A stretch of DNA of 64,000 nt from Picochlorum sp. SENEW3 (Eukaryota), in assembly GCA_034226945.1 (NCBI GenBank), contig CP120462.1, forward strand, positions 124,001-188,000. Reading direction: 5' to 3'. This document shows, one piece after another, positions 35,428 through 48,140 of the stretch. Position 1 is the first letter of the stretch. Each line of letters opens with the position of its first letter. The notes under the pieces were generated by a model. That model had not been told where the DNA came from and searched no databases. It saw only the letters and a list, made by a program, of their open reading frames with translations. The position numbers and the translations under genes were made by a program.

Positions 35428-37944
35428 ATGAGGCGGAATACGGCAGCTTTGTTCGTTTATCGAACAATTGGTGCGCCAGAACTTGCCTCGTCTGTTTTTA
35501 AAGAACTTCTGTCCATTTCTCAGACTGTGTTGGATACTGAGCCCTTGTATCGATTACATGGGAGAAATTTACATACGAATAGATATGGAACGGAGGATGG
35601 TTTCAAATCTGCCAGATGGCTGTGCCTGCTGCTGGGAACAGGAAAAGAACAGATATCTAGTGATGCAACGGCATTCGTGGGTTTGTCATGCATTCGAGCA
35701 GCTTCGACACAACGCAGTGACCATAGTCTCGTCAAAGTGAAGAATCTCGTGCAGTCTATGAAAGGGATGATACGGCGTCATGAGAATGAGCAGGCTGTTG
35801 AATTGTTTGATTCGAGCGGGAGCCTGTTGGCATCATGTGCAGCAAAGAACCCATATTCTGTGGCTGATGCGTATGATTTTGCGCTTCAAGCGTATGCAGC
35901 TACAGGAGATGCGAGGAAAGCGGAGAAATTGGTGTCGACGATGTGGAAGTCCAACATCCCAGTGGGGCGAGTGGCAAACAGCAGTGTTGTCAAGGCACTC
36001 TGTGCAGCAGGGAGGCGAGGGGATGCTCTGAAATATATTAAGTCCATCTCGGCACAGAGATCTAGTATAGTAGGGTATAATATACTTTTGAATGAGTGTG
36101 TGGAATCGAAGGATTATGATGTAGGGTTGAAGGCGTGGAATGTTCTTCGGAAAAAGGGGTGTACCCCTGATGCCATCACATGGTCTGCAGTGGTTCGTTT
36201 GCATGGGCGTCCTGGTATGCGGCAGAGTTTGTATACGTTATGGAAGGAATGGTTGGATGTGTCTGAAGGTTTCTCGGAGGCGGATGTGACGTCCATTGGG
36301 GCATCGTATGTTTCTGCCTTGTGTGCAGCTCAAGACTATGAGGAGGCTTTTCGAGAGTGTGAGCGTCTTTTAGAAGCGATTTCGGCGCACCTTCCAGTAG
36401 AATTGAATATTTCTGAAACAACACATCATACATCATATGATGGCAGTCATGAACATCAGGGTGATGATCAGAAGAAGGAGAAGAGTAAGGCACACATGCA
36501 TGCATCGTCAGTGGACAATGTCAGGGTAGCCTGCAACACGCTGCTTCATGCATCTGTTGCATCATCACACGATGGGAATATGGATGCTCTTATTAAAACG
36601 ATGACGTCGAAAGGTCTCACTCCGGATACGGCCACATATAATGCACTGCTGCGCCGATCACTTCGTCGTCGTGAGGGATCTCTGGCCATCAAGGAAGGGT
36701 TGGGAGAAATGCAGCGTATAGGGCTCCTTCCGGATCAAACATCGATTGAAATACTTATTCAATCATATGCGCTACAGGGCCAAATCAAAGAGGCTGAAAA
36801 TGCAGTGGATATTATTATACAAGAGTTTGGATGCCCACCTTGTCATGCATGGGGGACCCTGATGACTGCATGTGGTAAAGCTGGGGATGTAGAGCATGTG
36901 TCCCACGTATTCCACAGATCCATAGAGTACCTTTCATTGCATACTGCAGATGATGCGTCATTCCATGCGATTGTTGTCACATGCCTTCAATCGCTCTATC
37001 ATGCATTGGGGAAAGATTTTTGGAGGCGAACGCTCCACAAAGGACAGGCAAAACACGCACCAGAAGATCATTTCCACTACATTGAAGAATTCGGTACATC
37101 CTTATTAAAAAATATTGATACGATAGTCGATTCTCATGGTATGAGAAACAATCACAAGGTGTGGATCAACAGACTGAAATGTCTTGGGGCTCTGGGTAGA
37201 ACAGAATCTGTGGATGCATGCATGAGAGATTTGAAGGCGGAAAGCATTGATCACTGCCGCACGATTGAAGACTATTTGGCCATTCTCGACCGACCGCAGT
37301 CCTCTCGACGACAGCAACGGCAGCACAATGCAAACAGGAAGCTTGTCCTTTCCCAAGAGGATTATAGCAATCTGTTGCAAGTTGTCGCGAGGTTGGGAAG
37401 AATAGATGATTGTTTCGATCTCATATCCCATATGAAGAATTCAGGGATCCGTCTCTCTGCCAAAGACTATGTATCCTTGATGGAAGCATGCGCCCAATGT
37501 TCTCCTCCAATGGAAGAACTGTCAAGACAACTGCTCCGCCATGCCAGGGAATCAGCCAATATTACCATTGATACGAGGTTTTACAATGCCCTTATACTCG
37601 TCAAAGCACGACTGTATGGTGTACAAGGTGTTCACGAAGGTATGGATGAAATGATCATGAGAGGTATCCAACCAAATGTGTTTACATACTTTGTTCTGAG
37701 AGAAACGGCTCTCATGTCTAATGATAAGCGGACAGCAACGAGCACATGGCAGACGATTCAAAACCTTGTTCAGGGCCACGAGCACGGCCCCTCCCATCAT
37801 CGTAAAGATGACGATGCAGAAGAAGAAGCTGTGAATGACAAGGGAAGCATGATGCACACGCTGTTTGAAGACCCAGACAGCACACATCAAAAAGAACACC
37901 ATCATTGGAAGGGATATTATGCGTCAGATGATGATGAATGGTAA
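35428..37944 (+). CDS. Pentatricopeptide repeat (PPR) protein, probably organellar
   Basis: PPR-like motifs VGYNILLNEC, PDAITWSAVV, PDTATYNALL, AWGTLMTACGKAG, RFYNALI, IQPNVFTY. Confidence 0.82.
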   Translation: MRRNTAALFVYRTIGAPELASSVFKELLSISQTVLDTEPLYRLHGRNLHTNRYGTEDGFKSARWLCLLLGTGKEQISSDATAFVGLSCIRAASTQRSDHSLVKVKNLVQSMKGMIRRHENEQAVELFDSSGSLLASCAAKNPYSVADAYDFALQAYAATGDARKAEKLVSTMWKSNIPVGRVANSSVVKALCAAGRRGDALKYIKSISAQRSSIVGYNILLNECVESKDYDVGLKAWNVLRKKGCTPDAITWSAVVRLHGRPGMRQSLYTLWKEWLDVSEGFSEADVTSIGASYVSALCAAQDYEEAFRECERLLEAISAHLPVELNISETTHHTSYDGSHEHQGDDQKKEKSKAHMHASSVDNVRVACNTLLHASVASSHDGNMDALIKTMTSKGLTPDTATYNALLRRSLRRREGSLAIKEGLGEMQRIGLLPDQTSIEILIQSYALQGQIKEAENAVDIIIQEFGCPPCHAWGTLMTACGKAGDVEHVSHVFHRSIEYLSLHTADDASFHAIVVTCLQSLYHALGKDFWRRTLHKGQAKHAPEDHFHYIEEFGTSLLKNIDTIVDSHGMRNNHKVWINRLKCLGALGRTESVDACMRDLKAESIDHCRTIEDYLAILDRPQSSRRQQRQHNANRKLVLSQEDYSNLLQVVARLGRIDDCFDLISHMKNSGIRLSAKDYVSLMEACAQCSPPMEELSRQLLRHARESANITIDTRFYNALILVKARLYGVQGVHEGMDEMIMRGIQPNVFTYFVLRETALMSNDKRTATSTWQTIQNLVQGHEHGPSHHRKDDDAEEEAVNDKGSMMHTLFEDPDSTHQKEHHHWKGYYASDDDEW

Positions 37945-38007
37945 CCACGCAGTCGTTACATCATATAGTATAGAAGAATACTCGAAATTAAAAAAAATGT
38001 CATTCTT

Positions 38008-38760
38008 TTACACATCACCAGTGGTATCCGTTGAGGCCATATCCATCTCCTTCTTTGCCTGAGACAACAACTCCTGAGCCTCTCCTGGCCTCAACTCCCC
38101 ATGCTGCATCTTCTGCACCAACGCAGTCGCCTCAGGACGCCTCAACAACCCTCTCACATTCCTCAACCCAGTTCCAAAGCACACACCACACACTCTCACA
38201 CCCCTTCCATAACACTGAGGACATTCTGTAAACTCGTATGTATCCTTTGCCCTCTTCCTGCTCAACGCCCTCCATTTTCCAGTTCCTCCACACATATCAC
38301 ACGCCACAACACCAGTTCCAGCACACTCCCGACACCCTTCATCCGCCGCGTCCGCCTTCCCAGAAGACAAGGACATGGCTGCCACAAGTCCCCCACAAGC
38401 AGACACCATCAATCGTCTCCTCGACCCAGACACCAGCGCGAGGCGCCCCTCAGATCCAGACCCAACATCCTTGGAATTTTCATATTCTCTATCCCCCCCA
38501 TCCGGTGCTGCTGAGCAGCAGCACACTCGACCTCCTTCCTTTGTTGTGGGTATCATTATTCCCTTGGAACGAACCTTCCCCGCTGTATGCTGCACATCAT
38601 ACCTTCCAGGGTTAGAATAGTAATCAAAGATTACTATGCAATGAAAAACACGCACCGATGGTTGAGCAGTCCTGCCCAATCCAGAAAAAGGACATGACAT
38701 GTCACTACTACGACCACGACCACCACAGGTCGTCGCGGAACTTCTTACGATCGGATTCAT
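38008..38760 (-). CDS. PSA2: Photosystem I assembly factor PSA2-like DnaJ-type zinc-finger protein, thylakoid lumen
   Basis: Likely intron 38590-38655. SRRRL..AxA lumen signal. Four CxxCxGxG repeats with [26 protein letters not shown] and GLLRRP. Confidence 0.85.
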   Translation of the reverse strand: MNPIVRSSATTCGGRGRSSDMSCPFSGLGRTAQPSVRVFHCIVIFDYYSNPGRYDVQHTAGKVRSKGIMIPTTKEGGRVCCCSAAPDGGDREYENSKDVGSGSEGRLALVSGSRRRLMVSACGGLVAAMSLSSGKADAADEGCRECAGTGVVACDMCGGTGKWRALSRKRAKDTYEFTECPQCYGRGVRVCGVCFGTGLRNVRGLLRRPEATALVQKMQHGELRPGEAQELLSQAKKEMDMASTDTTGDV

Positions 38761-38987
38761 CCTGAATAATTAATACAATTACATTTATTTTCATCCAATG
38801 ATGAGCGTGGCATGACTTAATGCCCTGGCAATCCATGCTCTTTTTCCTTGCTTATCCAGATGAGACATGAGTATATATTCTGCCATCATGATATTGGCAT
38901 CTCATACGAGGCAGATCTACCTATTACAACACGAATAACAATGGTATACAGAGGGTATGTATGAAAAAAGCCACAGAAAAAGATCAA

Positions 38988-39861
38988 TCAAAGCATCATC
39001 AATCCCTTTTGAGACTGCACATGTTATATGTATGTACACCATCAGCATCAACAATTATTTGTATTATATACAAACAGACGGGCAGCACAAGAACCAATAA
39101 TATGTAAAAGCAATGCGCACCTTTTTAAACATGAGCCGAATCACCAAAATCTGAGACACAGATGCCAAACAAATAGCCCCATACACTGCTGTATAATACC
39201 AATACGTCCTAGACAATGTCGAAGACGCCGTCTTCAAATGCCGCACCGTCCGTGCATACAAAAACCTCTGCTCATTCGTCACGTTCACCAGATATCTATC
39301 CAATCGCGCCAACCCTGATGAAATATCCACAATCTGATCGTGCCTGGCCAAACCACTCTTGTCCACATCAGCATCCTCATGCCCATCATCCTCATCCTCC
39401 CAATCAAACCCTTCATCCACGTCATCAAAGTTGACTGAGAAGTATGTGATATCCACAATAACAGAAGGACGTAATAATTTCCCACCAGACACCCTGACAC
39501 AGAATTTCCATGGACCAATCCCATCCGCCTGAGCGGTAAAATCTAATTCTCCCTCTGTCACTCCATTCTGGTTCTTCAGCAGCGTATTCGTTGGAGAATA
39601 AAGTCCAAAATCTACATTTGCCTTGGCATCCTCCACATCATGCTTTGTTGTCACAAGAAAACCAATGTCAACCTGAACTTGAGCTTTCCTCGTGTCTTTT
39701 GGATACTTTCCTTGGATATGCTTCCAATGCTTGGCTGGAAGATACTCTGACACACATTCCTCTCTTCCAGCGAAGAGTCTCCAGGCAAATCCATGAGTTG
39801 TGCCAAAACATGTCGCCGACAGGACCATCAGCGTCATGATCGCCACCAGAGATAGACTCAT
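38988..39861 (-). CDS. p24/emp24/gp25L GOLD-domain membrane protein (2 exons)
   Basis: Signal peptide, EECVSE, WKFC, coiled coil VTNEQRFLYAR, C-terminal TM. Intron 39015-39120 gives the tail FKKSQKGLMML*. Confidence 0.85.
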
Positions 39862-40079
39862 ATTTGTATTCTACGCTGTATCAGTGCTTTACAAGGACAT
39901 ATAATTCAATAATATTCAATTGGATTGGCCTGGCGATGCTGCCAGAGTGGCAGTTGATGGACCACAGCCATGAGGCAGGTAACCACAGTATGATGATGGT
40001 CTCTTACTCCTCTAGTTGCATATCATCACCATCTATACACGTGTGTTACTCTTACATGCGTCTCAATGTATTCGATGCA

Positions 40080-40805
40080 TCATCTACCCATATGTGTATA
40101 CACCAGAGTGAAATTATTTGCAGGCATGGGAATCATACCAGTCCTGATCAAGCCCACCTCCTGTGCCAGGCTGTCCAGATCTGAGACATCTCGCAGTCCC
40201 CATTCTGGATTTCTACCTCGCAGGGATGCATCAAATGCTGCATTGCTATCTGTCGTCGGTTTTCCATCGACTGTAAAAGGACCATAGATGATGAGGGTGC
40301 CATGGGGTTTCTGCAGTATTGTAGAGGCCCCATGGAAGAGGCCCACAGTGGACTGCCACGGAGATATATGCGTCATGTTGACGCATACTATTGCATCGCA
40401 TCGTAATGATGTACCATTGCCCCATTGGGTTATATCCTGACTACAATCAATCCTCAGGGGGGGTTGCAACACATTGGGACACTCTCGTGTCCATGCCTGA
40501 ATACTTGCCATGAGATTTGGTTCTACTGATGGGTGCTCACTCGGCTGTATCTGTAGCTCGGGGAATTCAAGAGCAATCGCTGCCGCGTGCTGTCCCGTCC
40601 CACTGGCAACCTCCAACATGAAGCCTTTTCTTACAGGCAGATGCTTCTGTAACATGTCCAGGATGGGGCGTGTATTTCTCTCTGCAGCGGCTGCTGAGCA
40701 TTTATTATTGCTGTCATCTCCTTTATGTGTATCGAATGATCTATGTGTCGCTTGCATTGTCATTTGAAATTGTCGTACTGAAAACTTGAATGTGGTTGAC
40801 AGCAT
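40080..40805 (-). CDS. METTL26: DUF938/METTL26-like SAM-dependent methyltransferase
   Basis: AAERNTRPIL, LEVASGTGQHA, QPSE, NMTHISPW, YGPF, SNAAFDASLRGRNPEWGLRD, MPANN. Confidence 0.9.
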   Translation of the reverse strand: MLSTTFKFSVRQFQMTMQATHRSFDTHKGDDSNNKCSAAAAERNTRPILDMLQKHLPVRKGFMLEVASGTGQHAAAIALEFPELQIQPSEHPSVEPNLMASIQAWTRECPNVLQPPLRIDCSQDITQWGNGTSLRCDAIVCVNMTHISPWQSTVGLFHGASTILQKPHGTLIIYGPFTVDGKPTTDSNAAFDASLRGRNPEWGLRDVSDLDSLAQEVGLIRTGMIPMPANNFTLVYTHMGR

Positions 40806-41015
40806 TGACGCCTGCTCTTTTAGTTGTTTTCTTGTTGTATCCACCCAAAGAGAGAGTTAGAGAGACTATGGATATTTGGAAATGAATTTTTTTGATGTCC
40901 GATCGCGAGAGCCTCGTCATACATTGATAGTGACCAAAAAGCCATTGGGAATGGGTGGATGTCAATCATGATGATGATTACATGCGCATGTAGTTGTATA
41001 ATGTACTCATGAGTG

Positions 41016-44000
41016 CTATATTGTATACCTGGGGATGCCCCACCATTGCCATACTTTGCAATATTCTGGATTCCACCCGTCGGCGCCTTCCCTCAGAGGT
41101 GGTGGTGTCCAGATGGAGGGATCCACCGAATCTACTCTGCCTGCCTTGTGGACTGCCATGAGAGGAACTTGTGCTACCACGGCGTCATATCTGTTGCTAA
41201 TGTACATGTCGAATCTGAGCAAGTAGAGGGGGAGGGAGATGAGCATCAGGACTGCTTGTGTGTATGCTTCCTTGAGGATGAGCACAACAGAGGTGAAGAG
41301 GACGCAGATGAAGAGGCATCCCACGACACGGTGCGCCACAAGGGGCCAAAACTGTCCACCAGACTCATACTGTCTCTGATACACGTAGAGCATTTGATAC
41401 CTCCATACGGCCCAGAGGAGAACGAAATACAACAGTCCGAATGGCAGAATGAGGGGAGACACGACACAGTATGCCAGTACCATGACAAAGTTCATGAGGA
41501 CTGGGACGCCAATGTCTCTGCCATACCTGCAATTTCTAATGGGTGATTCCAAAGCTTTCTCTCGAGCGGATTTGGCCCAAGGAAGTATGTGCGCCCATTT
41601 CAAAAATGATACTGTGGTTCCCATGTGAGGGTACACCAATCGGAACCATGCCATGACCAGAGCCCTGTAGGAAACGTAATTGATGAAAAAATTGGATGAT
41701 GCTGGGATGGCGGCTGACAGAGCATCCCAAATTGATGATGGATTTTGAATGTAGGTTGGAAGTTCGGCAATGACCGAACCTCCAAGCATAGCACCAAGGA
41801 ATACATTGAATACATCCCAGTAGTAGAAGAGCGAGCAGCAACGGCGATCCAGTCCAGACAAGCTAAAGTGCTGGCCTTCAGCCTGTGCTGCATAGTATAC
41901 CAGCACAGGAAGGATGCACATGTGATATATTGACAGCAGCAGTGTTGGCGCCAGCGATGTCACCAGATTTCTGAAAAAGTTGGCCCATGGATCATCTGAG
42001 CAATACCACGAGTCAGTGAATGCATTGTCATCATCAGGGTTTCCACACACTGCAATGGTCAACTGCGCAAAGGCTCCAGTGAATGCACCAATCGGTAAAA
42101 GCATGATGAATAGAATGAGAGGTAGAGTCAGGACTGGCCTTGACTGCCTCTGCCACCAACTTCGAGTGAGGGATGGCCAATTGACATCATCTGGAGAGGG
42201 TGCTGGTTGCACATTTAACAGGCGCTGTTTGATTGGATTCAGATTCGCCTGTGCAGCTATTGCTGCAGCTTCCTGACTTTTGAAAGTTGCGAAAAAGCAC
42301 GTCGATGGCAGATCTGAAAGAATAGCCTCGCGCTCATCTGCAATCATTTCCTGAAGCTCAACTGTCTCAGTTTTTAGGGCAGCAATCTTCTTCTTCAGCT
42401 GAGAAATCTTCTTTTTACGCCTTTTATCTCTCTCAGCACGACTAATGGATAGGCATGAGTTATTTCCTGATGCATCTTCTATGTCTTGTTCGCCTTGCTG
42501 ATTCTGCAGGCGCTGCTCCTCCTTGTCTACAACGCATTGCAAGTCATACTGTGCTCTCTCTAGTCGAGCACACACCTTGTCCCATTTCTTAATCAATTTA
42601 TCCACGCTCTTGGCAGGATAAATTGGAACCAGACCATCGAAATCATCTCCAAATAACTCTGTAAACATTTTTGTCGCGATGCGAGCACGTCGATGGAACA
42701 TGGCCCATCTGACATCTCGTCGCCATTCTTTGTATCGTCCACGATGGCGCCACCACTCCCGCAGGTTTGTAATGGTGGAGCCCCATCCTGCAGTTATTCC
42801 CATCCCTCGTTCTGACACATTCTGGGATAGAGCTTCTCTCTGTTCTGACTCTCCTGCTGCTATTGAGTCCTCATCTTTTGTGCCACACCCTTGTTCAATG
42901 TCATCAGGGACACTGACCGAACTGGCCAGAACATTTGTGGACTTTTTCTCGCATGCAATTTTCCTCGCAACGTCTTCACTCTCTTCATACGTTTCATCAG
43001 AGACTTTTGTTTGACTCTTGGTCAAATTGATACCCCAAAACTCCCTCGTCTTGAGGGGCCTGCAACAGTATATTTAAAAAAGTAAAACATGATTTCTTTG
43101 ACATACATGCACTGCATCAATCATCGTACTTTTTAAGCCTCAGTTTTTCAATCGGCTCATCCGTCACCAGCACTGTATACAAACACGCATTCACTGGAAC
43201 AGACGTGCTCGTCTCCCTCATGGAATCACTCCTCCTCGTCTGCAGCACAGTCACATTTGGATCCACAAATGCCTTTTTGAGATCACTCTCGTTATTGAGT
43301 TTCCCACTCCCAGCTTCAGCCATATAGCTCCACCAGTGATGCGATATACCCAACTGCCCAATTGGATCACATAGTTCAGGATTCAGGGCAACACATGTTG
43401 CCAACTCTGTCTCCCCATGGAATGCTTCAGGTCTATCCTTCTCTTCTGCAACAACCGTGATGATTTCTGATAATCCATTCGGTGTTTTCTTTTCTAAAAT
43501 TTGATCCAACGATGGTGATTCAGCTGCTCGTGGTGTGTCACATGGAGTTTTTGAGTTTGGTGTGGCAGATGCTGCAGACAAGCTGGATGCACCAGACACG
43601 GCCCTATGATGCCGAATCTTGGCCAAAGCCGTTGCAGCAGAACTTTTATCCGTCGCGAGCGCTGCCATAACAGCCGCAGATTTGGCCCTCCTATGCGATG
43701 GCAGACCCGACTGTTCCACAGAGGCTACAGGCTGCTCTGCCACATCAAACATGCCTGGAAACACAGCTGGCTTTCTCGCAACTGGAGTATCCTGCGGCGG
43801 TTCCTCCATCACATCCAAACTAAAATCATGGTTTGTCCACGATTCTTCTTTTGTAGGTGATGCATCACCCTGCTGTGCCTCACGAGAGGTGCCTGCACTC
43901 TGGACATCTTCAGACACTGACCCACTCATTGTCGTACACCCAGACAGAGACGACACATTCTGAGTCGAATCATCCACATCCCTCCCAGACACGGACTCAT

Positions 44001-45166
44001 TTTGAAAATTAAATGACAGAGACCCAGCTCCAATCGAATCATTCCTTGGAGAACCCACTCCATGCAAAATCCTCAAAGGCGTGTGATGCTCCATCAAACT
44101 CTGAGTCCTCGTTCGTTCAATAAACTCCAAAGACTTTCTCCTCGGAGTAACCCCAGCATCATCCTTCCCCGCCACCGACGGCCGCGTTGCAATCAATGGC
44201 TGTCTCTCCCGTTCAAACGCCTCTGCACTACCACCAATCGCTGACGCAGGAACCTCTGTACTCCGAACAACGTACGCCTGCCTCAAACTAATATACTCTT
44301 TATACTGCTCTGTAATCAACCAGCATGTCCAAAACACCGCAGCATACACAAACACAAAGTGAACCCACAGCACTGAACTCCCTGGTGTTATATTACTCAT
44401 CGTCAATCTAATAAACACCGTACTATATTCATCCTCCAAACCCGCCTGCTGCGACGATTTCTTATAGTAATTATCAGTGTAATTGATCGGAATCAAAATC
44501 GCCATCGCGGCAATCGTAATTGGCAAAAGCACCAGAATACCAAATGATAAAATCCTCACAGCAATCAGTGCATCCATGCCAGCACTCTTGAGCAATTCTT
44601 CATCCGACACTCGAAACACCGGTATAATCCAGGACCACCATCGATACAACCCTTTCAATTTCAATGCCGGAGGCTTGTGCGTCACAGTTGGCATGGATAA
44701 CCGTGCTTGATACAACCGAAACTTGCCTCGAAACAGTACAAATGACAAGTAACAAATCAGACCTAAAATCGAACTAAACCACAGATTCGTGATAATATTA
44801 GCCCCACTAATTGATGTGTTGTAGCATATGGGTGACGACGAATTCGCACATGATGACACAAACTCATCCCCAGATGGAAATGCCTGCACATTATTATTAT
44901 TATTGCATGTCATGAGGTGACCTTGTCAGCATCCACCATTGCATCATCCATGTATAATAATACCATACCAATAAAGAAGGCGGCGGCTCTGGTGCTTCTA
45001 GAACCGGAGCAAGAGCTCCTTCTACCACTGGCTCTGGAGCAGGAGCGGGCCCACCCATCATGCCAACTTCTGGACCTGGAGCAGGCCAAGGAATCCCTTC
45101 AGAGACATCCACATCCCCCACAGGCACTCTATATAAATAATTCTCCTCCTCCACTGGCGCTGCCAT
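41016..45166 (-). CDS. OSCA/TMEM63/ERD4 (CSC1-like) mechanosensitive Ca-permeable channel (3 exons)
   Basis: Exons 45166-44969, 44883-43130, 43059-41016. GMDALIAVR, RLTMSNI...LWVH, PAPSPDDVNW, SNFFINYV, PLILPFGLLYF, YQMLYVYQRQYESGGQFWP. Confidence 0.92.
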
Positions 45167-45801
45167 GAATCCTTCCAGCTTCTAGCTTAGGAAAACGTTG
45201 CGTTGGGCTCCATACTGGTACTCTCGCCACACCGTGCTCAACCCTGCACACAGAATAGCCATGTTAGAATATAATTATGATACATAATAATGCTATAATC
45301 GCTACATAAATGAAGAAAACACCAGACATGAGATGGTGGGTGACTGTCGACTCGGGCGGTCAACTACCGACTCCCAAACGACCGACGCATCCTAGGCGCC
45401 CCATCAATTCACAGAATTAGCCACCTACCAGTGTATAAATATTCACAAATATTAATTTTTACTAAAAAATAGTGAATCTTTCAGTCACGTGCCCATTCTG
45501 AAACTGTCAGAACCAGATGTATCACAAAAGTAATCAACACCCATCCAAGGCACTCTTTGATCGGAATACAAGCGTATTGAATATTCGTTGAAACGAGGGG
45601 TACAGACAGATGGGCACCGCCGATCCATACCTATTTTAAATTTTAAAAACTACTCCTGTGAGAGAGGGTAAGAGAAAACTCTGTTTTGTTCATAGAGACA
45701 CACAGCGAGCTGCAGCGTTTTCACTGAAACATAATTGCACAATTGAATCACATTGGCGCATAACGATACCGTCTCTTTCAATACAATTGATTGATACGAC
45801 A

Positions 45802-47092
45802 ATGGAGGATACTACCAAATCAAAGATAAAGAAGCAGGTATGGGGGATGATCCTGGTGTTTTTTCTCTTGTCTAACGAATTGTCATGGCATGCCATTGCT
45901 CAATTGCAATTGACTGGCATCATGCTGGCGATGCTTTTCTTTTCTGTACATCCTGATGTGATTTATGTCTTCTCTGCGTGTGTAGATGGAGTTTTACTTC
46001 TCTGATTCGAATCTCTACAGAGATTCGTTTCTGCATGAGAAAATGAGCAACGATTCGGACGGATTTGTGGATATTTCTCTGGTCTGTACCTTTAATAGGA
46101 TGAAAAAGTTGTTGAAAAAGGTGTCTGATGATGATGATGAGGCGGGCAAGGTCAAGGCTGTGTCGGAGGCGGTGGGTGGGTCTTCATCGCTGGTGTTGAG
46201 TGAGGATGGCACGAGGGTGAAGCGGGCGACGCCGTTGGATAAGGATCCAAAAGAGATTGCGGAGGAGATTGATGCGAGATCCTTGTTGGTTGGTCCGTTT
46301 AGATTTGATGTGACGTTGGAGGAGTTGGAAGAGTATTTTCAGTCATCTGTGGGGAAGACAAATGCTGTGAGGATGAGGAGGCATGTGAGTAGTAAGGACT
46401 TTCGAGGGTCTGTGTTTGCCGAGTTTGAGAGTGTTGAGGAGGCGGAGAGGGTGTTGAAGGCGTCTGAAGGTGGTGGATTTGTGTTTGATGGGGCTCCTCT
46501 TACAATGGAGAAGAAGGCAGAGTTTGTCAAGAGGAAGGAGGAGGAGCGGCATGCGAGGAAGAATTCTCCGTATAATAATGACACTGCTTTAAAAACTGAT
46601 AATGATGCCGATGCGAGTGAGAAGAAGGAAGAGGTGATTGAGGTTGGTGAGAAGGAGATTGAAGAGTTTGGTGCTGTGCCTGGGACGTTTGTCAAGTTTG
46701 ATTTTGATGGTGCTGATCTGAAAGATGGAGTGACGTTTGGTCTTGTGAAGGACTCGTTTGGTGGGAAGGATAGTGGGTTGATGTTTGTAGAGTATAAGCA
46801 GGGTGAGCAAACTGGGTGTGCGAGGTTCTCAACGAAAGAAACAGCACAAGCTGCGCTTGATGCGTGTACGGATGGAAAGAGACTGTTGGCAGGGTTTGAG
46901 GCGTCGCTGACGATTCTCGAGGGAGAGGAAGAGAAGGAATACATCAAAAAGGTTATTATAATGAGAAAGAAGGCGGCTATAGAGAGGGCAAAGAAAGAAA
47001 AGCAGGGCGGTGGTGGAAAAGGTCGTGGTGGGAAGAGAGCTGGTGGACGAGGTGGAGGACGGGGAGGCGGCAAGCGCCGTAAGACTCGATAA
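45802..47092 (+). CDS. La: La protein (La motif, two RRMs, basic Gly-rich tail; 2 exons)
   Basis: Exons 45802-45837 and 45986-47092 give KIKKQMEFYFSDSNLYRDSFL...TFNRMK. RRM DFRGSVFAEF. GGRGGKR tail. Confidence 0.92.
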
Positions 47093-47136
47093 TTATTCGG
47101 CCATGTTTACCATACATCATATGTGTTTAATACATG

Positions 47137-47727
47137 TCAATTCAAAAGTAAGGATTTTATGGCGGGCAGGAGAGGGTAGTCTGCAGGAGGCATATCGTAT
47201 GAATCCAACTCGTGTGCTGTTGCCCATACCAACTTTTGTTGCTCTCTTCCTTCTGGGACCCCTTGCCAGCGTGAGCACGAGAAAACTGGCATTAGAAGAT
47301 GGAATCCTTTTTCACTGTAACCATGACTGGCAAATGTCAGCGGATGCAAATCATTCGCATCCACAGAGATGCCTAATTCCTCCTCCAGTTCTCTGACCAG
47401 TGCAAGCTCTGGAGACTCGTGTGGCTCTACCTTGCCCCCAGGGAATTCATACAGTCCCTCCAAATGTTTTCTTGATGGCCTTTCAGCCAACAGTACCTGT
47501 CGCCCTTGGGATGTCTCGCTCACGAGTGCCACAGCCACCACCAACAATGTGTAAGGATTCTTCTTATTGATCGTTTGAACGTCTTCTGTGGACATGCTTC
47601 TCAATCGGAATTCTCTTTTGATCGGATTGATTTTTTCTTGATGATATACTATCTTTCTAGAGTGATGTAACCTCGAAAGTGTGTTTGAAATCCTGCAGGC
47701 TTTTTGAATTGAGAGCATTGAGGACAT
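47137..47727 (-). CDS. Nudix hydrolase, MutT-like (start uncertain; frame stays open to 48138)
   Basis: Nudix box GGKVEPHESPELALVRELEEELG, HLEGLYEFPGG, FHLLMP, MPPADYPL. Confidence 0.85.
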   Translation of the reverse strand: MSSMLSIQKACRISNTLSRLHHSRKIVYHQEKINPIKREFRLRSMSTEDVQTINKKNPYTLLVVAVALVSETSQGRQVLLAERPSRKHLEGLYEFPGGKVEPHESPELALVRELEEELGISVDANDLHPLTFASHGYSEKGFHLLMPVFSCSRWQGVPEGREQQKLVWATAHELDSYDMPPADYPLLPAIKSLLLN

Positions 47728-48140
47728 GCCTGCCTTTGCCCAAACAAATGACTCGATCAATCCTTCTGCTGATGAAACTACTGGCCTACCGTCAATATCA
47801 TGTAATGTGTTATTAAATGAGTCGTCGCCGAGATGCATCATTGCTGTTCTGGTGTGAGGTGGTCCCTTGAGATCTCCATCATCATGGCTTGGATGGCAGC
47901 CTAGGAACGCTCGGTCAAACTGGGGATGATTTCCTCGATAATGCCTTGATTTGAATGCCACAACGGCCTGGATTCTCCCACAACGATACATGAATAATAT
48001 ATTTAATGCCTCTTGAAGTGATGTTGTCGTGGAATTCTGTTGTGGGTCACGTTGTGTAAGATTGACGAGTGGAGAGACGTTCTTACAGTAAAGGTTTCGT
48101 TCCTTGGTTCTGATCCATCTGGAGGGGATCAGAGGCAATT

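Noticed and set aside
1969..38655. Stop-free 3n introns in PPA (93 nt), TAF11 (66), RPT6 (69) and PSA2 (66), read through by the ORF track
   Set aside because: Canonical GT-AG ends and disruption of conserved or expected protein sequence mark them as ordinary introns. About four among roughly 28 short introns is near chance expectation.
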